Assembly: GCA_965223565.1 (NCBI GenBank)
Contig: CBDCWV010000018.1
Coordinates: 1,094,214 to 1,158,213, forward strand
DNA from: Myxococcota bacterium
GTDB lineage: Bacteria > Myxococcota_A > UBA9160 > UBA4427
Length of the DNA stretch: 64,000 nucleotides
Direction of reading: 5' to 3'
Shown: piece by piece, positions 8,247-17,454 of the stretch
Position numbering within the stretch: the first letter of the stretch is position 1
How the letters are laid out: the number at the start of each line of letters is the position of its first letter
The notes under the pieces: model-generated
Told to the model about the DNA's origin: nothing
What the model saw: the letters and a program-made list of their open reading frames with translations, nothing else
Databases searched by the model: none
Position numbers and translations under genes: made by a program

Positions 8247-10955
8247 CTACCACTCGAGTGTCACGCTGAAGCCGTAGCTTCTGGGATCGCCCGGGAGCGC
8301 GCCGACGAGGCCAACCTGTGCAGCGTCGAACGCAAGTCGCTTGTAGATCGTGTTCGTGAGGTTGCGCACCCAGCCCGCGATTTCCACCTGGCCCTCCGAG
8401 GTGCGGTAGGCGAGACGGAAGTTGTGGATCCAGTAGGCCCGCTGCCCGATCGTGTGCTCCGGCAGAAAGATGAGATTCTGGGCATTCGGGGCACCCCTGC
8501 CATTCGACTGGTCGAATGTGATGTCGTCCGTCCACGCGAAGTCGTAGCGTGGAATGAACCGTCCTGTGGGGCCCAGATCCAGGGTGTATTGCACGCTGCC
8601 GCTCGCCGTGAATCGGGGCGTATTGGGTAGGCGATTGCCGGTGAACTCGAGATCGACGGGGGCAATGATCGGCGGTTCCTCGGGTGCGGTCGGAATCTGT
8701 CGGAACACACGCTGTGAGAATTCGAGGAACTCGCTCTCGAGCCACGCGAAGCGGCCGGTGATGTCGAAGCCGTCGAGCGGATGCAGGCGGGCTTCGAGCT
8801 CCGCGCCGTACAATTGTGCGTTGCTCGCGTTGATGACGATTCGTTGGGGCGGTGCCGACGGCTCGTTCTGCGAAGTGAATACCTGGTAGTCCTCGTAGAG
8901 GTAGTAGAACGCGGAGCCGCTGAGCTCGAGCCGTCCATCGAGCCATTGGCCTGCAAAGCCGGCCTCGAAGGCGTCGATCGATTCCGGGTCGGCGACGTTG
9001 TAGCCCTGGCCCGATGCGCCGCCGGCGTTGAGCTGCCCGCCCTTCCACCCGCGGCTGTATTTCCAATAGACGGAGGTCTCTTCGTTGAAGTGGTAGCGAA
9101 TGCTGACCGTTCCGGTCGGTGCCTGCCACACGAGTCGCTGCTTGCAGTCCTGTCCCGGCTGTGCGGAGGGAGAGCCCGGTGGGGCCGTCGGGAGCGGCGG
9201 ACCGCAGACATCTCGTCTACCCCCTCGAAACAGATGAACGTCGAACGCCTTGCTCTCCCAGTTGTAACGCGCACCGGCCTCGAGCGTGAAGTCATCGACG
9301 AAATCATATTCGAACCCGGCAAAGATCCCGAACGAGATCGTTTCCTGGGTATAGATACGGTTCAGAGCGACGATCGAGCTTCCGGCCGTGGTGTTTGATT
9401 CGAAGTCGAGATCCTCCCAGAGGAAATAGCCACCGGCCTCCCACGCGAAGGGATGCGCCTCGAGCTCGCCTTCGATTCGAAGATCCTGGGTGACCTGAAC
9501 GACGTCGTCCGTCGAGTTGGTCTCGAAGATCTGATCGGAAGTGAAGTCGCTGTCGGAGTCGATCTCGCGGTCGTAGCGTTCCGCGCCGGTAATCGTCGTG
9601 ATGGAAACCGAACCGAGATCGAAGGTTCCGCGCAAGAAGCCCCCGAAGCTCGTCATGCGTTCGCGTCCGCCGCGATTGAAATCGCCCTCGAATGGCGACT
9701 CGTCCAGGTTTCGTGCCAGCTCTTCGGCGAGGATTCCGCGCGCTCTGCCCTGGACCAGGGCCCGGTCGTCACCCGGGCGGAACAGGGAGGCGAAGATCCG
9801 GTTCTCCGCAGCTTCGATCTCGGGCTGCCGGTAACCCGAGGTCGTTCCGCCGAGTACGCCGACGATCGTGCCGTCCGGCGTCGGTTGGCTGCCATCCGTT
9901 CCGAGCGCGACACCGACGCGCGCGAGCTGGTCGAGCCGGCCACCGTGCAGGTTGAGGATCCAATCGATGCCTTCTGTCTGGGGCTGCAGTCGGAACTGGG
10001 CGCGCGCCGCCCAGGTGTCGATGTCGTTCATGTTCCGCGGTAGTCCCTCCTGGATGTCGCTTATGAAGTAGGCTGGGCGTGGAAAGCCAGGCGGCGCGGC
10101 GAAGCGCGTGGTCGACGTCTCGTTGCAGATCGAGCCGATACCGAGCTGACTCGGCCGGTTCGGATTGACGATCCGCTCCGTCCCGAACGGAGGGGCCCCC
10201 GCACATCGATTTCGCGTGATTCCGTCCCGCAGATTCACACGGAACGCAAAGCGCGAAGAGAGGAGGTCCGGGATGATCGGAACCTCGAGTGCGCCTTCGA
10301 AGTCGCGTGAGATGGCGTCGCTGCCATTGAAGAAACCGATCTCGGTGCGGAACATCGCGTCGAACGCGCCCGTGGGCTTGCGCGAATCGATACGCACGGC
10401 GCCGCCCGACGCGTTTCGCCCCGGGCCCGAGCCCTGTGGACCGCGCAGGACCTGGACGTTCTCCACGTCGAAGAGCTGTCCGAGCTGCAGGGCGGGCGAA
10501 TTGAGCGCGATGTCGTCCTGGTAGATCGCGATCGCGCCCGACGCATTCGCCGTGAAGTCGTTCAGTCCGACGCCGCGGATGAAGAAGGTCGCCGCAGTAC
10601 CGCCGGCGCTTCGGATTTCGAGATTCGGCGTGAAGGCCGCGAGATCCGAGAGCTCGGTCGCGCCGAGCGCGTCGAGATCTTCGGTATCGAACGCCGTGAC
10701 CGAGACGGCTGCGTCGAGGAGAAGGGATTTCGACGAGCTGCCGACGACCACGAATTCCTCGATCCCCGCGTAGGGATCGCCTCCGGACGGACGTCCCGTC
10801 TCCTCGACACCGCCTACTTGCGCGGAGGCGAGCGGCGAGACTGCGAAGGATGCAATCGAAGGAAGAAGGAGGAAGACGAATCGGATCGCGCCCGTCCCGC
10901 AACGACCGAGTCCTCCGAACGCGACAGGAGCAGCGCGCGTTGTCGACCTTCCCAT
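8247..10955 (-). CDS. TonB-dependent receptor
   Basis: Signal peptide (...FAVSPLASAQ). Plug region EEFVVVGS...VTAFDTEDLDALGATELSDLAAFTPNLEI...FFIRGVG. A long beta-barrel follows, ending ...SYGFSVTLEW. Start chosen at the internal Met (MGRSTT...). Confidence 0.9.
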   Translation of the reverse strand: MGRSTTRAAPVAFGGLGRCGTGAIRFVFLLLPSIASFAVSPLASAQVGGVEETGRPSGGDPYAGIEEFVVVGSSSKSLLLDAAVSVTAFDTEDLDALGATELSDLAAFTPNLEIRSAGGTAATFFIRGVGLNDFTANASGAIAIYQDDIALNSPALQLGQLFDVENVQVLRGPQGSGPGRNASGGAVRIDSRKPTGAFDAMFRTEIGFFNGSDAISRDFEGALEVPIIPDLLSSRFAFRVNLRDGITRNRCAGAPPFGTERIVNPNRPSQLGIGSICNETSTTRFAAPPGFPRPAYFISDIQEGLPRNMNDIDTWAARAQFRLQPQTEGIDWILNLHGGRLDQLARVGVALGTDGSQPTPDGTIVGVLGGTTSGYRQPEIEAAENRIFASLFRPGDDRALVQGRARGILAEELARNLDESPFEGDFNRGGRERMTSFGGFLRGTFDLGSVSITTITGAERYDREIDSDSDFTSDQIFETNSTDDVVQVTQDLRIEGELEAHPFAWEAGGYFLWEDLDFESNTTAGSSIVALNRIYTQETISFGIFAGFEYDFVDDFTLEAGARYNWESKAFDVHLFRGGRRDVCGPPLPTAPPGSPSAQPGQDCKQRLVWQAPTGTVSIRYHFNEETSVYWKYSRGWKGGQLNAGGASGQGYNVADPESIDAFEAGFAGQWLDGRLELSGSAFYYLYEDYQVFTSQNEPSAPPQRIVINASNAQLYGAELEARLHPLDGFDITGRFAWLESEFLEFSQRVFRQIPTAPEEPPIIAPVDLEFTGNRLPNTPRFTASGSVQYTLDLGPTGRFIPRYDFAWTDDITFDQSNGRGAPNAQNLIFLPEHTIGQRAYWIHNFRLAYRTSEGQVEIAGWVRNLTNTIYKRLAFDAAQVGLVGALPGDPRSYGFSVTLEW

Positions 10956-11036
10956 TCTTCGATCTCGAGCTCCCGGGGACGCCGTCGCGGTCGCGCGCGT
11001 TGCAAGCGGTGCTGGCGGTAGCCTATCGGATGGCGC

Positions 11037-11056
11037 TAATATAATAAAGTTAGTGG
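11037..11056 (-). promoter_or_regulatory. Copy C of the CTAACTT-N3-TATxxT motif, oriented toward the TonB-dependent receptor
   Basis: The minus strand reads ccaCTAACTTtatTATATTa, followed by TCCGA (11030..11026) exactly 16 nt after AACTT, as in copy B. This is the most AT-rich patch of the 10956..11085 divergent intergenic region. Confidence 0.35.
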
Positions 11057-11085
11057 TAATGCCGTTGATTGAACTGCCATAGGCG

Positions 11086-12063
11086 ATGATCCTGGCTGCC
11101 GACAATCCCTTCGCAGTGAGATTTCGCCTCACGCGCCTGATTGCGCGCCGATCGAGCTCGGCCCACGCGTGCCTCGTGATCTGGCTGGCCGTTTACGTCG
11201 CGGGTTCGTCGCTCTTCGCGATCGGGCTCGTCGCGGGTGCGGCGGTCGCTGATTCCGACGGACAGTGGATTCCGTCGTTCACGTTCCACACTGGTGTCAA
11301 CGGACTCAATTACAACGCGGGCGTGGACAGTCTCGAGCGTGGGCATGCCGAAGGGGACGGGCGTCTGGTGTTTCCATACATCGAGTTCGGCCTCGAGCTG
11401 ATGTCGCCCGTTCTGACGGACGGCTTCCTCGCGCCGCGCCTCTTCGTCCATGCCGGGCCGGAAATCGTCTTCGATCTGGAGCGCGCGGTCGCCAAGGAGG
11501 GGGATCCCGGTGGCATCACGATCTTCTCCGTCGATCCCGACGGGCCGGGAGGGCCGGCACCTCCGATCTTCCCGGGAGAAGATCGCGTCATCGGCGTCGG
11601 AAGCGAGGCGCTCGTCAAGGCGTTGCCCTTCGCCTGGTCGGCCGGCCTGGGGATTGCCTTCTCGTTCCCGGTACTCGAACGCACGCTCTTCTTGAAGCCG
11701 TCGATCGAGTACCGCTATGACCAGCTCGAGGTCACCGCGGCCTTGGCCAATGCGCGATCGATGGACGGCGATGGATTCTGTCCCTGTCGGACCGTCTCGA
11801 TCTCGGCCCGCGACAGCTGGGACTTTCATGCGGTCGGTCCGGCGATCGAGCTCGAGGTCGAAGCCGTTCGAGTGCGGTCGTTCCTGCTCACCGTCTTCGG
11901 ATCGGCCAGGGGCTACTACATCCTCGGCGATCGAAGCTTGAACGTGCGCGCTTCGGGTCGCTTCGACGATGGCGTGCCCGCCTCCGTCTCGGCCACCGTC
12001 AATCGGTCCCCCTGGAGCTTCCGGGGAGGTGTCGGCATCCGCGCGCGCTGGCAGCCGGAGTAG
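11086..12063 (+). CDS. Hypothetical protein, possibly an outer-membrane beta-barrel
   Basis: 325 aa with a hydrophobic N-terminus (LVIWLAVYVAGSSLFAIGLVAGAAVA). Alternating beta-strand-like segments with aromatic ends (GLGIAFSF, SIEYRY, GVGIRARW). No family recognised, and the start is uncertain. Confidence 0.5.
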   Translation: MILAADNPFAVRFRLTRLIARRSSSAHACLVIWLAVYVAGSSLFAIGLVAGAAVADSDGQWIPSFTFHTGVNGLNYNAGVDSLERGHAEGDGRLVFPYIEFGLELMSPVLTDGFLAPRLFVHAGPEIVFDLERAVAKEGDPGGITIFSVDPDGPGGPAPPIFPGEDRVIGVGSEALVKALPFAWSAGLGIAFSFPVLERTLFLKPSIEYRYDQLEVTAALANARSMDGDGFCPCRTVSISARDSWDFHAVGPAIELEVEAVRVRSFLLTVFGSARGYYILGDRSLNVRASGRFDDGVPASVSATVNRSPWSFRGGVGIRARWQPE

Positions 12064-12091
12064 CGAGTCCCGGCTGCGCAATGCGTCGCGA

Positions 12092-13279
12092 CTAGCGAGC
12101 GCGGGGCGGCAGGCGCCGCGACTTGCCTTCGGCCTCGATTCGCTCCCGCCACGACGCTGGCAAATCGGCCGATTCCAGCCAGGCGAGGGCCGCGTCCGGG
12201 TCCTTTGCCAGCCAGGTTCGCCCGATGGCGACAACGGCGCGCTCACGGAGGTCGAGGCTCTCAATGCGCTCGGCCCACTCGAGCCCGCGGATCGGATCCT
12301 CGAAGCCCGTCGCCGAAGCAAAGAGCTCCATTGCAGGCTCGAGCTCCGGCGGGCCGCCGGTCTCGCGGAGCCAGGCGAGCGCGTCGGCTCGCGCGTTCAT
12401 GAGCCATTTGCGGTAGGCCTCTCGCATGGCTGCATCGCGCGAAGTGCCCGCGGGCTGTTGGCGGAGCCAGGCCATCGTCTTCTCGGGCTCGGTTCGAATC
12501 CAGGTCGAGGCGACATGGAGCAGGATGGAGTCGCCTCCCTCACCTCCGGCATGCTCGAGCGCCCACTCGACACCGCGTTCCGGATCGACCTGGGTGATCG
12601 CCGTGGCGATCCGCCGGGCGAATTGGAGCTTCAAGCCTCCGGCACTCTGCTCGGGAATCGAGCGTGCGAAATCCATCGCCTGATCGATGCCGCGGCTCGC
12701 CACCATGGCGGCCGCGGCGACCTGAAGCGCGCGCTGGCGCCCGGCACCCTCCTGCTCGTTCTCGAGATACTGAATGAGCTCCCGCTCGTTGCCGCTGTCG
12801 GACCACCCGAGCGCGAGGGCGCGCATCGCGGACTGCCTTCTCTCCGGACTCACGATCGATTCGAGCTGCAGTCTCGCTCCGACCGGGTCGGTCCGTGCCC
12901 AGGCGCGCATCACCGCGGGAAAGCCGAGCTTCGGGTCGTTCAGGGGCCATCGTCGCGTCGCTTCGAAGGCCGCCTCGGGATCGAGTGCGGTCCACCACTC
13001 GGCGAGCAGGATCGTCGCGACGGGGTCGACGAAGGGCATCGCGCGTTCGTAGGCGAGCCTGACCCCCTCGACGTCGTCCGGGCCGAGCCCTTCGAAGACC
13101 TCGACGAGGCGGGTCGTGCGTCGAAAGGGATCCGACATCATCAGGACTTCGCTCAGTGCGGCTCCGACAGGCGGCGCTCCGCTCTTCTCGCGGTGGCCCT
13201 CGCTCGCCGATTCGCAGCCCGTCGCGAATGCGAGGAGCGCGCAGGCGAGCGAGAGAAATACGGTGGGGGTTCGGATCAT
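12092..13279 (-). CDS. Hypothetical lipoprotein with helical (HEAT/ARM-like) repeats
   Basis: MIRTPTVFLSLACALLAFATGC lipobox. Recurring W/L-rich helical units (ALAWLRE..., RTWLAKDPDAALAWLES). Confidence 0.65.
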   Translation of the reverse strand: MIRTPTVFLSLACALLAFATGCESASEGHREKSGAPPVGAALSEVLMMSDPFRRTTRLVEVFEGLGPDDVEGVRLAYERAMPFVDPVATILLAEWWTALDPEAAFEATRRWPLNDPKLGFPAVMRAWARTDPVGARLQLESIVSPERRQSAMRALALGWSDSGNERELIQYLENEQEGAGRQRALQVAAAAMVASRGIDQAMDFARSIPEQSAGGLKLQFARRIATAITQVDPERGVEWALEHAGGEGGDSILLHVASTWIRTEPEKTMAWLRQQPAGTSRDAAMREAYRKWLMNARADALAWLRETGGPPELEPAMELFASATGFEDPIRGLEWAERIESLDLRERAVVAIGRTWLAKDPDAALAWLESADLPASWRERIEAEGKSRRLPPRAR

Positions 13280-13417
13280 TCCTCAGTCTCGGCCCGGCGA
13301 TTCGAGGCTGTCGTGGGGCCTACAATTGCAGAAGCCCCGTGGGGGTTCGATGAGTCCGGAGTGCGAGAGAGCGCAGGCGGCGAAATTTTCGGCTCGGAGC
13401 GAAGATATCTCAATAAC

Positions 13418-13437
13418 CCTAACTTCGTTATGATAGA
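13418..13437 (+). promoter_or_regulatory. Copy B of the CCTAACTT-N3-TATGAT motif, upstream of a PEP-CTERM protein gene
   Basis: ccctaacttcgttatgatag in an AT-rich patch. TCCGA at 13442..13446 lies 16 nt after AACTT. Confidence 0.35.
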
Positions 13438-13567
13438 TTGCTCCGAGGGTGATCCGATCCAGGCCCGGACGGTGGTCGGATCCGGCGTTTCCAACCCGTG
13501 TGCCGCCGCCAGTGCAAAGTGAGTGCAAGGTGGGTGCAGAGTGAGTGCGAATCGAGGGAGTCTACGA

Positions 13568-14581
13568 ATGCAGCGATCGATGCGAATCCAGCGGATGCTC
13601 AGTTGTCTCGGAGCCACGTTGCTCCTCAGCCCGGCCCTCGTTCCGATCTCGGCGCAGGCCGATCCGATCTTGATGAGCGGCAACGTGCAGCTGACGACGA
13701 ATCCGTCGGTCCGGCGCAACTACAGCGACTACGGAATGGTCGAGGTAAATGGAAGCGCGCCGGCGACGATCTCCGTGCATGAGGCCTTCATGCAGAACGA
13801 CGGGACCGCCTTTCGCGTCTTTCCCGCCGTGCCGAACGTTGCGCAGGTCACGTCCTCCTTCACCTCTTTCAATCTCGCCGAGACGTTGATGGCGGGCGGC
13901 GGGCCGGGGTCGTTTACGTTCTGCCCCGGCGTCGGCAACCCGCTCAATCAGCTGAGCCCGCCGAATAACTGTCAGACGCCGAACCAGGCGACCGGCGGCC
14001 TGAACAATCGCATCGTCTATACGGCCGGTCCGAACCAGTACGGTGGGACCTTTCGTATTCTGCAAGAGCTGTTCAAATCGAGCGTGAGCCTGCGCATCGC
14101 AACGAATCCGTCGCAATTCAGCCATCAGGTCGGCGACACCGTGCCCCGGATCTGGCCGGGTGGCGCACCGATGAGCTCGACGCAGTTCATTACGCGCCCC
14201 GGCGGGCAGATCACCTCCGCACCCGTGCTCGGTCCGAGCGGCTCGATTCAGACGCCGGGAGCGGTCGTCGGTACGGGGGAGGCGCCCGATCCCTCGATCA
14301 ATACCGGATTCCCGGTGACCACCGGTATGGTGGTGCACAGCGATACGAATCCGAGCCCCTTCATGTTCACGCTGACGGGATCCGATTCCCGCACGGCGAT
14401 GGGCGCGGGCCAGATCGTGCTCGTCGGGTCGGGGGTCGCTCGAGCGGCCACGGGCACGGATTTCGGTCGGGAGATTCAGGTCACCCTCGTTCCCGAGCCC
14501 CACACGACGGCCATGTTCGTTGCGGGAATGCTGGTGCTGCTCGGCCTGTACTCACAGCGAAGACGATTGTTCTCCCGCTAG
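13568..14581 (+). CDS. PEP-CTERM sorting-domain secreted protein
   Basis: GAGGGAG lies 8 nt upstream of ATG 13568. Signal MQRSMRIQRMLSCLGATLLLSPALVPISAQA. The C-terminus VTLVPEPHTTAMFVAGMLVLLGLYSQRRR is a classic PEP motif plus TM plus Arg cluster. Confidence 0.8.
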   Translation: MQRSMRIQRMLSCLGATLLLSPALVPISAQADPILMSGNVQLTTNPSVRRNYSDYGMVEVNGSAPATISVHEAFMQNDGTAFRVFPAVPNVAQVTSSFTSFNLAETLMAGGGPGSFTFCPGVGNPLNQLSPPNNCQTPNQATGGLNNRIVYTAGPNQYGGTFRILQELFKSSVSLRIATNPSQFSHQVGDTVPRIWPGGAPMSSTQFITRPGGQITSAPVLGPSGSIQTPGAVVGTGEAPDPSINTGFPVTTGMVVHSDTNPSPFMFTLTGSDSRTAMGAGQIVLVGSGVARAATGTDFGREIQVTLVPEPHTTAMFVAGMLVLLGLYSQRRRLFSR

Positions 14582-14684
14582 TCGACGCGGTCGCAGTCGA
14601 TCTCGGTGGCGAGAACGGCGAGAACGTTGCTCGCGGGCCATGGCGTGGCGCTCACGTCATGCGTCCGCGAAGTGAGGTGTCATC

Positions 14685-15806
14685 ATGTCCGCCGCGGAAC
14701 GATTGATCTCATCGGATGACCACGTCGATTTGAGCCACGACCAGGTCAAGGGCTTTTTGGCGAGCAGATACCACGCGTCATACGACGACGCGATCGCGCG
14801 GTTCAGCGCAAGCATGGCGCGATCCCACGGAGCAGAGGCGAACGCGCGCTGGCGGGAGCAGGAGGGACTCGAGCTCGCTGGGCCCGATGCCCCGTCGATC
14901 GAGTCGAGTCGCACGCATCCGGCCGCGGGTAGGCCGGGCCATACGGATCCCCACGCGCGAATCGCCGATCTCGATACCGACGGTGTCGATGCGTCGATCA
15001 TGTACTGCGAAGTGAGTGCCTTTCGGTATCTCTATCTCCTGAAGGAAGGGGCTCGAGAGGCGACGCGTGCCTTCAACTCCGCGATGCACGAGTTCGCCAG
15101 TCCGAACCCGGAGCGACTCGTCTGCTCCTACCAGATTCCGATCAACGACATCGATGCCGCCGTCGAAGAGGTGCGTTGGGTCGCGTCCCAGGGCGGCAAG
15201 TCGCTGCAGCTGCCGCTCTTCCCTCCCGAGCTCGGATTGCCGGACTATTGGGAGAGGCGCTACGACCCGCTCTGGGCGACGATCGAGGAGACGGGCCTTC
15301 CCGTCTGCTGCCATATCGGCCTCAATCTCCAGCTCGAGGATCTCGCCCAGCGCGATCCCACCCCGCAAAAGGGAATCTTCGTCGGCTCGGTCGCCCTCTC
15401 GACCGCCGAGGCGATGGGTATGTTCATCATGGGCGGCGTCTTCGAGCGATTCCCGAAGCTGAAGGTGGTGTTCGTCGAGCCCGGACTCGGTTGGGTGAGC
15501 TGGTGGCTCTATATCGTCGACGACCTCAAGCGACGTCAGGGATACGATTTCCCCGCGATCTCCGAGCTGCCGAGTCACTATTTCCATCGAAACGTCTCGC
15601 TGACCTTCATCGACGAGCCCGACGCATATCGCCAGGCAACCGAGCGTCTCGGAGTCGACAACATCATGTGGTCTTCGGACTATCCCCACCCGGTCTCGAG
15701 CTGGCCACGGTCGGTCCAGACGGTGAACAAGATGTTCGACGGGGTCCCCGCCGCCGACCGGGAGAAGATCGTCAGCGGGAACGCCGCGCGCGTCTGGAAT
15801 CTCTGA
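14685..15806 (+). CDS. Amidohydrolase-2 (ACMSD-like metal-dependent hydrolase) family protein
   Basis: 373 aa with SSDDHVDL near the N-terminus and WSSDYPHP near the C-terminus. It has paralogs at 38745 and 50536. Confidence 0.85.
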   Translation: MSAAERLISSDDHVDLSHDQVKGFLASRYHASYDDAIARFSASMARSHGAEANARWREQEGLELAGPDAPSIESSRTHPAAGRPGHTDPHARIADLDTDGVDASIMYCEVSAFRYLYLLKEGAREATRAFNSAMHEFASPNPERLVCSYQIPINDIDAAVEEVRWVASQGGKSLQLPLFPPELGLPDYWERRYDPLWATIEETGLPVCCHIGLNLQLEDLAQRDPTPQKGIFVGSVALSTAEAMGMFIMGGVFERFPKLKVVFVEPGLGWVSWWLYIVDDLKRRQGYDFPAISELPSHYFHRNVSLTFIDEPDAYRQATERLGVDNIMWSSDYPHPVSSWPRSVQTVNKMFDGVPAADREKIVSGNAARVWNL

Positions 15807-15847
15807 TCGAAGATGGTCGTCCTCGTTCTCGATTGCGTCCGTCGCGG

Positions 15848-17005
15848 GTGAGCGCTTCGTCGATTCGATTGAACGATCGGGCCGCGATCGTGGGAATCGG
15901 ACAGACGGAGTTCTCGAAGGAGTCCGGGCGGAGTGAGCTACAGCTCGCCGCCGAGGCTTCGCTCGCCGCCATCCAAGACGCGGGACTCTCGCCTTCCGAC
16001 GTCGACGGGATGGTCACCTTCACCCTCGATACGAGTGACGAGCTGCTCCTCATGCGCTCGCTCGGAATTCCCGAGGTGCGGTACTGGTCGCGTACGCCCT
16101 TTGGTGGTGCGGGCGCGAACACGACCGTGTTGAATGCAGCGGCTGCCGTGGCGAGTGGCGCCGCGAGCAACGTGTTGATCTGGCGTGCATTCAACGAGCG
16201 CTCCGGCAACCGTTTCGGCCAGCCCCATCAGGGACCTCCACCCACGGGTCGCAGCTGGTACATCCCGTTCGGCCTCGATACGCCGGCGAAGATCTACGCG
16301 CTCACCTTCCAACGCTACATGGACCGGTACGGTCTCACGAACGCCGACTTCGGTACCTATGGTGTGATCGCGCGTCGTCACGCCGCAACGAATCCGGCTG
16401 CCTGGTTCTTCGAGCGTCCGATCACGCTCGAAGATCACCAGCGGTCGCGCTGGATCGTCGAGCCGATCCTTCGGCTCCTGGATTGCTGCCAGGAGAGCGA
16501 TGGTGGTGTCGCGATGGTGATCACGACCGCGGAACGCGCTAAGGACCTGCGGCAGAAGCCTGCGAGAATCGCGGGTGTCGTCGACAGCCACCTGATGAAC
16601 GGCCACGTCCTGTTCAACTACTACCTGGCCGACCACTCGGAGTTTGTGGAGTGCGTCTCTGCCGCGAGGCGTCTGTGGGAGACGACGGGCCTGCGGCCGT
16701 CGGACATCGATGCGGCGATGATGTACGAGAATTTCAGCCCGATCGTGTTCATGCAGCTCGAAGGGTTCGGCTTCTGCGGGCCAGGCGAGGCGCGCGATTT
16801 CATCGCCGAGGGCAATATCGGATTGGGCGGGAGCCTGCCGGTCAATACACACGGCGGCCTGCTCGGTGAGGCCTATATCCACGGGGTCAACAACATTCTC
16901 GAGGCGGTGAGGCAGGTACGCGGAACCGCGGCCAATCAGGTCGCAGGCGCCGAGCACGTCCTGGTCGGCGGTGGGCGTGGGGGCATCGTCCTGGGGCGCG
17001 CGTGA
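15848..17005 (+). CDS. Thiolase-like (SCP-x/lipid-transfer-protein type) acetyl-CoA acetyltransferase family protein
   Basis: ...NDRAAIVGIGQTEFSKESGRSELQLAAEASLAAIQDAGL...CCQESDGG...VNTHGGLLGEAYIHG. The start is uncertain (GTG 15848 or TTG 15869). The upstream 224 codons of the track ORF are a shadow over the amidohydrolase gene. Confidence 0.85.
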   Translation: MSASSIRLNDRAAIVGIGQTEFSKESGRSELQLAAEASLAAIQDAGLSPSDVDGMVTFTLDTSDELLLMRSLGIPEVRYWSRTPFGGAGANTTVLNAAAAVASGAASNVLIWRAFNERSGNRFGQPHQGPPPTGRSWYIPFGLDTPAKIYALTFQRYMDRYGLTNADFGTYGVIARRHAATNPAAWFFERPITLEDHQRSRWIVEPILRLLDCCQESDGGVAMVITTAERAKDLRQKPARIAGVVDSHLMNGHVLFNYYLADHSEFVECVSAARRLWETTGLRPSDIDAAMMYENFSPIVFMQLEGFGFCGPGEARDFIAEGNIGLGGSLPVNTHGGLLGEAYIHGVNNILEAVRQVRGTAANQVAGAEHVLVGGGRGGIVLGRA

Positions 17006-17047
17006 CTGCAAGCTCGCCGCGACCAGGCCTTCTCTCGCGACCGACGA

Positions 17048-17449
17048 TCAGGTCGCCTTCCTGAATACAGGCAGAACGAGGTCTGCATCGATCCTCTCGA
17101 AATCCAGCACGACGGGCATGTCGAACGCGATGTCCTCGGGCGCGCAGCCGACGAGCTTCGAAACGAGGCGAACGCCTTCCTCGAGCTCGACGAGCACCAC
17201 GTTGTGTCCCGGTGTGAATGCGGGATGGACGACGCGCCGGGCAAAGAAGTAGCTGTGCACGGTTCCGCGCCCACACGCCTCGACGAAGGACCTCTCGAGC
17301 GATCGACAGGCCGGGCAGAGCGGGGTCGGTGGATGCTGGAGTCGATTGCACGACGCGCAGTATTGAAGCAGTAGCTTGTGCTCCAGACAGCCCTGCCAGT
17401 ACGTCCGATTCTCCGGATCGAGCGTGGGTCTCGGATGTGGAACCTCCAT
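17048..17449 (-). CDS. Zn-ribbon/OB-fold DUF35-family protein (thiolase partner)
   Basis: 133 aa with CASCNRLQHPPTPLCPAC, a four-Cys ribbon, followed by an OB-fold-like segment. It lies 5 nt downstream of a thiolase-like gene. Confidence 0.85.
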   Translation of the reverse strand: MEVPHPRPTLDPENRTYWQGCLEHKLLLQYCASCNRLQHPPTPLCPACRSLERSFVEACGRGTVHSYFFARRVVHPAFTPGHNVVLVELEEGVRLVSKLVGCAPEDIAFDMPVVLDFERIDADLVLPVFRKAT

Positions 17450-17454
17450 CGACG

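Noticed and set aside
6220-8277. 685-aa plus-strand ORF, extremely Arg/Ser/Gly/Pro-rich
   Set aside because: It is an off-frame shadow of the TPR gene (antisense) and the sulfatase-like gene. It has no domain signatures, and the competing frames have clear family motifs.
11035-11075. Possible Fur box in the AT-rich patch upstream of the TonB-dependent receptor
   Set aside because: There is only a loose resemblance to GATAATGATAATCATTATC and no 6-1-6 or 7-1-7 inverted repeat. The patch is better described by the recurrent CTAACTT motif reported in the findings.
15176-15847. N-terminal extensions of track ORFs (15176..17005 here; similarly 1855..2322, 20187..20303, 50128..50535, 36664..36861 and 58605..59378)
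   Set aside because: Each extension overlaps the preceding gene in another frame and is Arg/Pro-rich. Internal starts with a Shine-Dalgarno, and with N-termini typical of the family, are preferred.
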